This document shows, in pieces, positions 1-10,432 of a stretch of 24,000 nt of DNA. A model generated the notes under the pieces. That model was not told the DNA's origin. It saw only the letters and a program-made list of their open reading frames with translations, and did no database searches. The translations under genes and the position numbers were made by a program. The stretch's first letter is position 1; each line of letters begins with the position of its first letter. The DNA comes from Allochromatium tepidum (GTDB lineage Bacteria > Pseudomonadota > Gammaproteobacteria > Chromatiales > Chromatiaceae), in contig NZ_AP024563.1 in the NCBI RefSeq assembly GCF_018409545.1, forward strand, positions 922,755-946,754, read 5' to 3'.

Positions 1-355
1 GATAGGCCAGGCCGTCGACGACTTCATGGATCTGGACGGCGTGCTTGAAATACAGCCCGAGATGGAAGAATTGCGCCTGGAAGGGCAACCCTTCGGCGCG
101 CCACAGGGCATGCTGCGGGTCGAAGCGGATCGATTGATAGGCATCCCAGTCGAGTTCCTTGACCCAGGCCGGCAGGTTCTCGGAGGGCGCGACATAGGGT
201 TTGCCGGCCAGTCGGCGCGCCTCGCTACGCAGCCAGTCGTAACTGAAGGGAACCGCGGACGTGCCCGTGGGCACCGCACGCGAGGTCGATGGAAGAGCGG
301 CCCAGGTTCCGGCCAGGGCCAACAGTGTTTGGAGCAGTTCTCTTCGGGTCAGCAT
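1..355 (-). CDS. Periplasmic glucan biosynthesis protein, OpgD/OpgG (MdoD/MdoG) family; N-terminal part only, gene runs off the left edge
   Basis: Absent from the ORF track because there is no stop in the window. Reverse-strand ATG at 355-353 gives MLTRRELLQTLLALAGTWAALPSTSRAVPTGTSAVPFSYDWLRSEARRLAGKPYVAPSENLPAWVKELDWDAYQSIRFDPQHALWRAEGLPFQAQFFHLGLYFKHAVQIHEVVDG... It has a twin-arginine signal-like N-terminus. The LP..L....Y.SIRF....LW......AQFFH.G..F block matches my memory of E. coli OpgD/OpgG. Confidence 0.7.
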   Translation of the reverse strand, partial: MLTRRELLQTLLALAGTWAALPSTSRAVPTGTSAVPFSYDWLRSEARRLAGKPYVAPSENLPAWVKELDWDAYQSIRFDPQHALWRAEGLPFQAQFFHLGLYFKHAVQIHEVVDGLAY

Positions 356-452
356 GCCGCAGGTTTCCGGCTGTCGATGGATGATGGGGAGGCGATTGTC
401 GAGCCGGAATCCGGTCGACCGCAAGTGATCGAGCGACTCGCGTCCTGGATCG

Positions 453-1388
453 CTAGACCGGATGCGTGGGCGACAGCGGTTTGACCGTGTTCGGCAGATG
501 GTCGCGGACGACGGCGGCAAAGGCTTCCAGTGCCTGGCGGCGCGGGAAGCTCTTGCGGAAGACCAGTGAGATGCGCCGATAGGCATCGGGCAGGGCGGCC
601 AGCGGGCGGGTGACGATCCCGCTGTCGCTCATCCAGCCGCCGCGTATCGCCAGCGCCGGAATGAGCGTGCAGCCGAAGCCGGCGCGCACCAGTTGCAGCA
701 ACGTCTCCAGGCTGGAGGCGCGCAGGTCGGCCATCTCGCCCCGTAGCGGACGCTCGCTCAGACGGCAGACCTCCATCACCTGATGGGTCAGACAGTGGCC
801 GTCGGCCAGCAGCAGCAGTTCGATGCGTTCCAGATCCCGGGCTGTGATCTCGGGATGGGCGTCGAACGGGTGGTTGACCGGATGGGCCAGCCAGAAGGGT
901 TCCTCGAACAGCGGCAGGCTCTCGAATTCGTTCTCGTCGACGGACGTGGCCAGGAGCGCGGCGTCGATCTCGTGGCGCGCGAGCCGACCGAGCAGCAGAT
1001 CTGTGATCTCCTCGGAGAGCACCAGCCTGAGCTGGGGATAGCTCTGCTTGAGCGGCATCAGGATCAGCGGCATCAGATAGGGGCTGAGCGTCGGGATGGC
1101 CCCGATGCGCAGTGGTCCGGCCATGGGATCCTGATGCGCGCGCGCGACCTGCTCGATGGCCTCGACCTGTTCGAGCGCCAGCCGCGCATGGGCGAGGATG
1201 GCCGCGCCGACCGGGGTGATCTCGACCGAGCGGTTGGTGCGCTCGAAGATGACCACGTCGAGTTCGTCCTCCAGCTTCTTGATCTGACCGCTCAGGGTCG
1301 GCTGGCTGACGAAACAGCGCTCGGCGGCGCGCCCGAAATGGCGCGTCTCGGCGACGGCGAGGATGTATTTGAGGTCGCGTAGATTCAC
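453..1388 (-). CDS. oxyR: LysR-family hydrogen-peroxide sensor/regulator OxyR
   Basis: 311 aa with a GTG start. The N-terminus [43 protein letters not shown] is nearly collinear with E. coli OxyR ([43 protein letters not shown]). Both redox cysteines are in place (LADGHCL and, nine residues later, EVCRL). The [23 protein letters not shown] block is also conserved. Confidence 0.88.
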   Translation of the reverse strand: MNLRDLKYILAVAETRHFGRAAERCFVSQPTLSGQIKKLEDELDVVIFERTNRSVEITPVGAAILAHARLALEQVEAIEQVARAHQDPMAGPLRIGAIPTLSPYLMPLILMPLKQSYPQLRLVLSEEITDLLLGRLARHEIDAALLATSVDENEFESLPLFEEPFWLAHPVNHPFDAHPEITARDLERIELLLLADGHCLTHQVMEVCRLSERPLRGEMADLRASSLETLLQLVRAGFGCTLIPALAIRGGWMSDSGIVTRPLAALPDAYRRISLVFRKSFPRRQALEAFAAVVRDHLPNTVKPLSPTHPV

Positions 1389-1411
1389 GCGCGCATGATA
1401 GCGGAAATCGG

Positions 1412-1441
1412 CTTGATTCGCGTGCCGCCGCGCCCCAAAAT
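1412..1441 (+). promoter_or_regulatory. Sigma32 (RpoH)-type heat-shock promoter for clpB
   Basis: CTTGATT (1412-1418), a 14-nt spacer, then CCCCAAAAT (1433-1441). The E. coli sigma32 consensus is CTTGAAA-N13-15-CCCCATNT. It lies about 45 nt upstream of the clpB GTG, and clpB is a classical RpoH regulon member. Confidence 0.55.
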
Positions 1442-1467
1442 TTCCCGAGCAAACAACCGGAAATTTT
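1437..1467. promoter_or_regulatory. Perfect AT-rich 9-bp inverted repeat AAAATTTCC-N13-GGAAATTTT over the clpB promoter/leader
   Basis: The arm at 1437-1445 is the exact reverse complement of 1459-1467. A third GGAAAT lies at 1403-1408. The left arm overlaps the putative sigma32 -10 element. The function is unknown. Confidence 0.4.
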
Positions 1468-1484
1468 CGCTGGAGTCAACGACC

Positions 1485-4082
<2,598 letters not shown>

Positions 4083-4274
4083 CAGAATCGAAGGCGATGG
4101 CGCTCTTCGGTTTGCTTGACGCCCCCAAGCCCCCTGACTAACCTCTCGTCAATCCACCGGGCGCGCCATGACGGGCGTCCGGTTCCAGCCATCCACGCCC
4201 CGCGCTCGCGATCCTGAGCCGACCAGTCAAGCCGCTTGCGGCGCGGGCGCGCATCCTACTATCGAGCCGCCAGC

Positions 4275-6107
4275 GTGTACCCGAAATATTTCGGGCTCAA
4301 AGAGCCCAGCTTTTCGATCGCCCCGGACCCGCGCTATCTGTTCCTGAGCGACCAGCATCGGGAGGCGCTCGCACATCTGCTCTATGGCGCCAACGAGAGC
4401 GGCGGCTTCGTGCTCCTGACCGGCGAGGTCGGCACCGGCAAGACCACGGTCTGTCGTGCCTTCCTGGAACAGTTGCCCGAGGGCGTCGACGTGGCGCTCG
4501 TCCTCAATCCGGTCCAGTCGCCCAACGAACTCCTGACCAACATCTGCGAGGAGTTCCGCATCGAGCTGCCGCGCGGCAAGCGCTCCAACAAGGTTCTGAT
4601 CGACGCGCTCAACGGCTTTCTGTTGCACGCCTATGCCAATGGCCGCCGGCCGTTGCTGATCATCGACGAAGCGCAGAATCTGCCGCGTCAGGCGCTCGAA
4701 CAGGTCCGGCTGCTGACCAATCTGGAGACCACCAAGCACAAGCTGCTGCAAATCTTCCTGATCGGGCAGCCCGAACTGCGTCGCCTGCTGGAGACCCAGG
4801 CACTGCGTCAGCTCGATCAGCGCATCACCGCGCGCTTCCATCTCACGCCGCTCGATCTGGAGGAGACCGGCGACTACATCCGTCATCGTCTGGCCGTGGC
4901 CGGGGTCGACCGTCCGTTGTTCACGGCACGCGCCATCCGGCGTATCCACGAATATTCGGGCGGCATCCCACGGGTGATCAACATCCTCTGCGACCGCGCG
5001 CTGCTCGGCGCCTGTGTGACCCGTGGCTCACAGGTCGATCCGGGGATCGTCGCCAAGGCCGCGCGCGAGGTGCGGGGCGAGGCGTTCGACGATCCGCCGC
5101 CGCGCTCACCCCGACGGCTGGTGCTGATCGCCCTGGTTTCGTTCCTGCTGGCGACCCTGGTCGGCTTGCTGGCGCAGACGCTATTGACGTCCGAGCGGCG
5201 CGCGCTCCTGGCCGGCTGGTGGTCGGGCGAGACCTCGTTCATGGCACTCGTCGGCTCCGTGGTTCCGAGCGCGTCCGCTCCGGCGTTGGATGAGGCGGCG
5301 ACCGGCGTGGACGATCCGGCCCAGGTCGAGGCGCTGCCGGAGCCGGGCGCGCGTCTGGCGGACGAGCCTGTTTCGGCGTCGCCGGTCGCGGCTCCCGAGG
5401 CGCCAGCGGTTCCGGATAGTCAGACGGAGACACCCGCTGCGCCGAAGGCATCCGCCCGTGCGGCCCCGGTATCGATCGCGTCGCTGGCGCTGTCCGAGTC
5501 CGAGGCCATGCGCGTGCTGTTGCGCCGCTGGGGTCTGGATCTCCGAACGATCGGCGCGGGCGACCCCTGCACGCACATCCGCCCGTTCGGACTGGGGTGC
5601 GAGTCCGAGCAGGGACGCCTGAGTCATGTACGCTTCTTCAATCTGCCGGCCCTGCTGCGTCTGGCCGATCGGGACGGCGCGCCGCGCTATCTGGTGCTCG
5701 GCGAGCTGGGGGCCGACGTGGCCACGCTCGATCGGCCCGACGGACGGGCGCGTGTGCCTGTGGGCGAGCTGGAATCGGCCTGGAGCGGCGACTACCGTCT
5801 GGTCTGGCAGTTGCCGCCGGGCGGCTCGACCCTGCTCCGACAGGGCGCGGTCGGTGAGGAAGTCCGCTGGCTGCGCGACCTGTTGTCGCGGGTGCCTGGG
5901 CTGGCCATGCTGCCCGGCCCGGCCGACCGCTTCGACGTGACGCTGGAGAGTGCGCTACGCGCCTTTCAGGCGTCCAAGGGTCTGACGGCCGACGGTATCG
6001 CCGGCCCGCGGACCTTCATGGCGCTCTATCAGAGCATCGGCCTGGACGGGATTCCGCGCCTCGATGAAAACTTGGCGACCACGGTCTCCATGGAGGTCGC
6101 GCCATGA
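4275..6107 (+). CDS. gspA: ExeA/GspA-family AAA ATPase with C-terminal peptidoglycan-binding domain
   Basis: YFGLKEPSFSIAPDPRYLFLSDQHREALAHLLYG, Walker A GEVGTGKT and Walker B LLIIDEAQNL. One TM segment (LVLIALVSFLLATLVGLLAQTLL) is followed by an Ala/Pro-rich linker. The C-terminal PG_binding-like motif is LESALRAFQASKGLTADGIAGPRTFMALYQ. The start is uncertain: the track uses TTG 4236, whereas GVG 4275 (read: GTG 4275) gives MYPKYFGL, like typical ExeA N-termini. Confidence 0.8.
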   Translation: MYPKYFGLKEPSFSIAPDPRYLFLSDQHREALAHLLYGANESGGFVLLTGEVGTGKTTVCRAFLEQLPEGVDVALVLNPVQSPNELLTNICEEFRIELPRGKRSNKVLIDALNGFLLHAYANGRRPLLIIDEAQNLPRQALEQVRLLTNLETTKHKLLQIFLIGQPELRRLLETQALRQLDQRITARFHLTPLDLEETGDYIRHRLAVAGVDRPLFTARAIRRIHEYSGGIPRVINILCDRALLGACVTRGSQVDPGIVAKAAREVRGEAFDDPPPRSPRRLVLIALVSFLLATLVGLLAQTLLTSERRALLAGWWSGETSFMALVGSVVPSASAPALDEAATGVDDPAQVEALPEPGARLADEPVSASPVAAPEAPAVPDSQTETPAAPKASARAAPVSIASLALSESEAMRVLLRRWGLDLRTIGAGDPCTHIRPFGLGCESEQGRLSHVRFFNLPALLRLADRDGAPRYLVLGELGADVATLDRPDGRARVPVGELESAWSGDYRLVWQLPPGGSTLLRQGAVGEEVRWLRDLLSRVPGLAMLPGPADRFDVTLESALRAFQASKGLTADGIAGPRTFMALYQSIGLDGIPRLDENLATTVSMEVAP

Positions 6108-6970
6108 GCTATATCCTTGAAGCCCTCAAGAAATCCCAGCAGGAGCGCGAACTCGGTCAGGTGCCCACCCTGGACGCGACCGGGCTGTTCGTCGAGGACC
6201 GGGAGCCGGTCGAGACCCATCATTGGGCGCTGTTCGCGGTCGGCTTGGCGGCGCTGGCAGTGGTGATCGCGCTCTATGCCGCGTTCCGGGGGACGCAACC
6301 CGGTCCGGTCGTGCCGATGACGACCCTGGAGACGCCCGGTGTCGAGCCGGCGCCCGTCTTCCATCATCCGGCCGTACCTCAGGCGCTCGAACCCGGTCCC
6401 GTCGCGGCCGACACGGCGGTCAGGCCGCTGGTCGAGCCGCCGCCGCCCAAGTCGCCGCAGCCACGTCCGATCCCGTCCGAGTCGAGTCGGGTCGGGCGCG
6501 CCGCCCCGCCGAGTCGACCGGTCGATCCGGATGTCGATTCCGACTGGGAGCGCGACCTGTTGCGCCAGTTGGAGGCCGAGCAGGCGGCGATGAATGCTGC
6601 GCGCGAAATCCTGATGGAACCGCCGCGGACGGGGCCGGTGCCGGATGATCTGGTCCAGGACATCGAGACCTTCAAGCAGCAGTTGCGGCGCGAGCAGGGG
6701 ATGCCGCCGCCGGCCTCCCGGCGCGCGCCGGTCGAGATCCGGGGTGATCCGACCCGATTGAAGCTGACGCCCCAGCAGCAGGCGGCCCTGCCCGGCTATC
6801 TGATGACCGTGCATGTCTACGACCCGGATGTCGCCAAGCGCTTCGTCGTCATCAATGCGTTACGCTATCGCGAGGGCGAGGAGACGCGCGAGGGTCTGCG
6901 CGTGGAGCGGATTCTCCAGGAAGGGGCCGTGCTCAGTTATCTCGGCAATCCCTTTTACGTACCCCGTTGA
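6104..6970 (+). CDS. gspB: GspB/ExeB-like general secretion pathway protein B
   Basis: Its ATG overlaps the gspA stop (ATGA at 6104-6107). The N-terminus MSYILEALKKSQQERE is followed by one TM segment (WALFAVGLAALAVVIALYAAF) and a Pro-rich spacer. The C-terminal block LPGYLMTVHVYDPDVAKRFVVINALRYREGEETREGLRVERILQEGAVLSYLGNPFYV matches the GspB C-terminal pattern as I remember it. Confidence 0.65.
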   Translation: MSYILEALKKSQQERELGQVPTLDATGLFVEDREPVETHHWALFAVGLAALAVVIALYAAFRGTQPGPVVPMTTLETPGVEPAPVFHHPAVPQALEPGPVAADTAVRPLVEPPPPKSPQPRPIPSESSRVGRAAPPSRPVDPDVDSDWERDLLRQLEAEQAAMNAAREILMEPPRTGPVPDDLVQDIETFKQQLRREQGMPPPASRRAPVEIRGDPTRLKLTPQQQAALPGYLMTVHVYDPDVAKRFVVINALRYREGEETREGLRVERILQEGAVLSYLGNPFYVPR

Positions 6971-7006
6971 TCGCTGCGTTCCCTTGAGCCGCCCCGCGTC
7001 CGAGCG

Positions 7007-8494
7007 ATGGGGCCACCGTGTCAACCTTCCAGTTTCCAGTCGAGTGCTTCGATGACCGAGCCAATGCCCCGCGATTCAGACGTTCTGCAACGCCATCTGC
7101 GCGATATCCGCGAGCTGCTCTCGCGTCAGCGTCTGGTCGAGGATCTGATGCATCGACAGCACAGTTCGCATCAGGATCTGGTCGATTCCATCACCCATCG
7201 TCAGACGATCGGCTGGCTCAAGCGCAAGCTCGACCGGCTTCATCCGGCCGACATCGCCTACATTCTGGAGGCCCTGCCGCGCGATCAGCGGCAACTGGTG
7301 TGGGATCTGGTGCGTTCGGACAAGGACGGCGAGATCCTGCTCGAGGTCTCGGATGCGGTGCGTCCGTCGCTGATCGAGACCATGGACAGTGCGGAGATCC
7401 GCGCGGCGGCCGAGTCGCTCGACGCCGACGAGCTGGCGGATCTGGCGCTCGACCTGCCGCCCGAAGTCATGGAGGACGTGCTCGAAGCGCTCGATCACGA
7501 GGAGCGCGAGCATGTGCGCGCGGCCATGTCCTATCCGGAGGACACGGTCGGGGCGCTGATGGACTTCGACATGGTCACGGTGCGCGAGGATGTGACCCTG
7601 GAGGTGGTGCTGCGCTATCTGCGCCGGTTCGATGAGCTGCCGGATCACACCGACAAGCTCATCGTCGTCGATCGCGAGGAGCGTCTGCGCGGCGTCCTGA
7701 CTCTGGAGTCGCTGCTCATCAACGAGCCCGAGCGGCTGGTGTCCGAGGTGATGAAGTCCAAGTCGGTCGTGACCTTCGCGCCCGAGGACGATGCCGACGA
7801 GGCCGCCGCCGCCTTCGAGCGCTACGATCTGATCTCGGTGCCTGTGATCGATGCCGAGCGGCGTGTCATCGGCCGGGTGACGGTGGCCGATATGGTCGAC
7901 CGGATTCGTGAGGAGTCGGAGGCCGAGATCCTCAGTCATGCCGGTCTGCGCGAGGAGGAGGACATCTTTGCGCCTGTGATGCGTTCGGTGCGCAATCGTT
8001 GGGCCTGGCTGGCGATCAATCTGGTGACGGCGTTCGTGGCTTCGCGGGTGATCGATCTGTTCGAGGATTCGATCGCGCAGTTGGTGGCGCTGGCGGCGCT
8101 GATGCCGATCGTGGCGGGGATCGGGGGGAATGCGGGCAATCAGACGATTACGATGATCGTGCGCGCCATTGCGATAGGGCAGGTCGGGCCGTCGGCGGTG
8201 TGGCGTCTGTTGGGGAAGGAGGTCGGGGTGGCGCTGATCAATGGCGTGGTTTGGGGCGGTGTGATCGGTGGGGTGGTCTGGTGGCTCTATGGCAATCTGG
8301 AGTTGGGGCTGGTGATGATCGGGGCCATGACGCTCAATCTGTTGCTGGCGGCGACGGCCGGGGTCGTGATACCGCTGATTCGTCAGCGGCTGGGGCGCGA
8401 TCCGGCGCTCGGCAGTTCGGTGATGATCACGGCGTTGACCGACTCGGGGGGGTTCTTCATCTTTCTGGGGTTGGCGACGCTGTTTTTGTTGTGA
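7007..8494 (+). CDS. mgtE: Magnesium transporter MgtE
   Basis: MgtE N-domain (LHPADIAYILEALPRDQRQLVWDLV), a CBS pair (VGALMDFDMVTVRED..., SEVMKSKSVVTFAPEDD...LISVPVIDAERRVIGRVTVADMVD), then the membrane domain with IVAGIGGNAGNQT and VMITALTDSGGFFIFLGLA. The start is uncertain: ATG 7007, 7052 or 7064, none with a good SD. Confidence 0.9.
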   Translation: MGPPCQPSSFQSSASMTEPMPRDSDVLQRHLRDIRELLSRQRLVEDLMHRQHSSHQDLVDSITHRQTIGWLKRKLDRLHPADIAYILEALPRDQRQLVWDLVRSDKDGEILLEVSDAVRPSLIETMDSAEIRAAAESLDADELADLALDLPPEVMEDVLEALDHEEREHVRAAMSYPEDTVGALMDFDMVTVREDVTLEVVLRYLRRFDELPDHTDKLIVVDREERLRGVLTLESLLINEPERLVSEVMKSKSVVTFAPEDDADEAAAAFERYDLISVPVIDAERRVIGRVTVADMVDRIREESEAEILSHAGLREEEDIFAPVMRSVRNRWAWLAINLVTAFVASRVIDLFEDSIAQLVALAALMPIVAGIGGNAGNQTITMIVRAIAIGQVGPSAVWRLLGKEVGVALINGVVWGGVIGGVVWWLYGNLELGLVMIGAMTLNLLLAATAGVVIPLIRQRLGRDPALGSSVMITALTDSGGFFIFLGLATLFLL

Positions 8495-8540
8495 GTCGGG
8501 GGTGGGTCGGCCGGCGGTTTGGGGTGCAGATCTACGGGGG

Positions 8541-8648
8541 GAGCGGGTCGGGTGACGGCTGTCGGGGAACGCCGTGAATCCATCCATGGAGGCTTGACGA
8601 CCGCATCCATGCGGTCGACACCCCCGACAGCCGCCACCCGACCCGCTC
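8541..8648. repeat. Long imperfect inverted repeat (27-bp arms, 1 mismatch) with nested hairpin, between convergent mgtE and ppiB
   Basis: 8541-8567 (GAGCGGGTCGGGTGACGGCTGTCGGGG) pairs with 8622-8648 (CCCCGACAGCCGCCACCCGACCCGCTC). The only mismatch is A8555 against C8634. The 54-nt centre carries a second hairpin, CGACCGCAT/ATGCGGTCG (8598-8606 / 8609-8617). No U-tract follows on either strand. Confidence 0.6.
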
Positions 8649-8688
8649 TGTCGGCGTCGTAGCGGCTGCTGGGGACTGTGAAGCTTAG

Positions 8689-9174
8689 TCAGATGATCTC
8701 AGCCTTTTCGATGACCACGTCGTCCATCGGCACATCCTGATGCCCGGCGCGGCTGCCGGTACGCACGCCCTTGATGGCCTCGACCGTTTCCATGCCATCG
8801 ACCACGCGCCCGAAGACGCAGTAGCCCCAACCGTCCTGGCCGGGATAGTCGAGGAAGTCGTTGTTGGAGACGTTGATGAAGAACTGCGAGGTCGCCGAGT
8901 GCGGCTGCATGGTGCGCGCCATGGCGAGGGTGCCGGTCCGGTTCTTGAGTCCGTTCTTGGCCTCGTTCTCGATCGGGGCGCGGGTGGGCTTCTGGCTGAA
9001 GTCGGGATTCATGCCGCCGCCCTGGATCATGAAACCGTCGATGACGCGGTGGAAGAGGGTGCCGTCGTAGTGACCGTCACGGACGTACTGCTCGAAGTTG
9101 GCGCAGGTCTTGGGGGCCTTCTCGGCGTCGAGTTCGATCAGGATTTCGCCGTGGTTGGTGGTCAGTTTGATCAT
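8689..9174 (-). CDS. ppiB: Peptidyl-prolyl cis-trans isomerase B (cytoplasmic cyclophilin)
   Basis: 161 aa. TNHGEILIELDAEKAPKTCANF...FHRVIDGFMIQGGG...NGLKNRTGTLAMARTMQPHSATSQFFINV...GWGYCVFGRVVDGMETVEAIKGV...HQDVP is nearly collinear with E. coli PpiB. Confidence 0.92.
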   Translation of the reverse strand: MIKLTTNHGEILIELDAEKAPKTCANFEQYVRDGHYDGTLFHRVIDGFMIQGGGMNPDFSQKPTRAPIENEAKNGLKNRTGTLAMARTMQPHSATSQFFINVSNNDFLDYPGQDGWGYCVFGRVVDGMETVEAIKGVRTGSRAGHQDVPMDDVVIEKAEII

Positions 9175-9282
9175 TCGGTGATTGCTCCGAGTGGGGGTGG
9201 ATGACGGCTCGGGTCGAGCGCGCCCTTGGTTGGGTGTCCGCGCATGTTAAGGAGTTTGGCGCGAGCCGGAAAGGTGCGAAGG

Positions 9283-10206
9283 CTAAACCGCCTGGATCAC
9301 CCGAGTCGGCAGTGCGATCCGCGCCGCCTCGCTCAGCACGAACTCGCGAAAAGCGCCGGCGGCCGGCGAGAGCCGCTTGCCGCGCCGATAGACCAGATAC
9401 CACTGACGCCGGTCCGGAAAGCCTTCGACGTCCAGCGTCACCAGCCGCCGCGTCTCCAGCTCCAGTTCGATGGTGTGCAGCGAGACCACGCTCAGCCCCA
9501 GCCCCGAACGCACCGCCTGCTTGACCGCCTCGTTGCGCGTCATCTGCATCCCGTGACGGATCTCCTGCCCGCGTTCGCTGAAGAAGCGCTCCATCGCCTG
9601 CCGGGTGCCCGAGCCTTCCTCGCGCATCACGAAGGTCTCTTCGGCCAGCCGCGCCAGCGGAATGCCGTGCTCGCCGGCCAGCGGATGATCCGGCGGGGCG
9701 ATCACCACCAGCGGATTGTCCATGAAGGCTTCGGCCTCGACTTCGACGTTGCGCGGCGGCACGCCCATGAGTACCAGGTCGACCGAGTTGCTGTCGAGCA
9801 TCTGCACCAGGCTTTCGCGATTGGTGACGTCGAGCCGCAGGCCGATCCCCGGATGACGCTGCTGGAAGATGGCCATCAGCCGTGGGGCGAAATAGTTGAC
9901 CGTGCTGGCCACGGCGATGCACAGGGTACCCCGGCTGACGCCCTTGAGCGACTCCAGCACCTCTTCCATCTCGCGCAGTGACTGGCCGATGGCGCGGCTG
10001 TAATGGAACACCTCGCGTCCGGCTTCGGTGACGACGACCTGTTTGCCGAGCCGCTCGAACAGCGGCAGCCCGATCTCATCCTCCAGTTGGCGCACCTGCA
10101 TCGAGACGGCCGGCTGACTCAGATGCAGCTCCTCGGCCGCGCGCGTGTAGCTGTTGTGGCGCGCGACGGCCTCGAAGACCCGCAGTTGGCGCAGTGAGAC
10201 ATGCAT
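9283..10206 (-). CDS. cbbR: LysR-family activator of the RuBisCO operon, CbbR/RbcR
   Basis: 307 aa. LysR wHTH (LRQLRVFEAVARHNSYTRAAEELHLSQPAVSMQVRQLEDEIGLPLFER). It is divergently transcribed from cbbL across a 226-bp AT-rich spacer, the classical cbbR-cbbL arrangement known as rbcR-rbcAB in Chromatium vinosum. Confidence 0.88.
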   Translation of the reverse strand: MHVSLRQLRVFEAVARHNSYTRAAEELHLSQPAVSMQVRQLEDEIGLPLFERLGKQVVVTEAGREVFHYSRAIGQSLREMEEVLESLKGVSRGTLCIAVASTVNYFAPRLMAIFQQRHPGIGLRLDVTNRESLVQMLDSNSVDLVLMGVPPRNVEVEAEAFMDNPLVVIAPPDHPLAGEHGIPLARLAEETFVMREEGSGTRQAMERFFSERGQEIRHGMQMTRNEAVKQAVRSGLGLSVVSLHTIELELETRRLVTLDVEGFPDRRQWYLVYRRGKRLSPAAGAFREFVLSEAARIALPTRVIQAV

Positions 10207-10262
10207 GGTGGCGGAAGGCTCGTCAGGCGATTTGGATAGACAAACGCAATGGAATCGATTGG

Positions 10263-10299
10263 CGCATAGATCATAAGCTATGCGTTATATCTAGCATAA
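10263..10299. promoter_or_regulatory. Candidate CbbR operator: two adjacent dyads in the cbbR-cbbL spacer
   Basis: Dyad 1 is CGCATAG-N8-CTATGCG (10263-10269 / 10278-10284). Dyad 2 is TTAT-N7-ATAA (10285-10299), a perfect LysR T-N11-A box. CATAAGC also repeats directly at 10272 and 10295. The region lies 57-93 bp upstream of the cbbR start, in the most AT-rich patch of the window. Confidence 0.5.
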
Positions 10300-10432
10300 G
10301 CAATATTGAGTAGTAATTATGTGGTTTCTTGCTAATAATCTCACCCGGGTTTCGACCAGAGCAGACAGTCGGGCGCAAGGCGCCGGTCGATCCGGACCTC
10401 ATCACAGAACCTAATCCAGAGGACGATCCAGA

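Noticed and set aside
26-484. 152-aa plus-strand ORF at the left edge, together with the 376-aa minus-strand ORF 349-1479.
   Set aside because: The first is antisense to the OpgD/G-like N-terminus (minus strand, 355-1). The second is an out-of-frame overlap of oxyR with an Arg/Pro/Ala-rich nonsense translation.
1395-1484. N-terminal extension of the clpB ORF ([30 protein letters not shown]).
   Set aside because: It has no homology to ClpB N-termini and would run through the sigma32 promoter. GTG 1485 has a GGAG at proper spacing and aligns with E. coli residue 1.
1389-1484. OxyR operator in the oxyR-clpB spacer.
   Set aside because: There is only a single ATAG (1397-1400) and no phased ATAG-N7-CTAT repeats, which is insufficient for a call.
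4089-4113. Weak hairpin (CGAAG...CTTCG with a bulged inner GCG/CGC) followed by GTTTGCTTG after clpB, as a possible terminator.
   Set aside because: The stem is short and interrupted and the T-run is only 3 nt. It is too weak to annotate.
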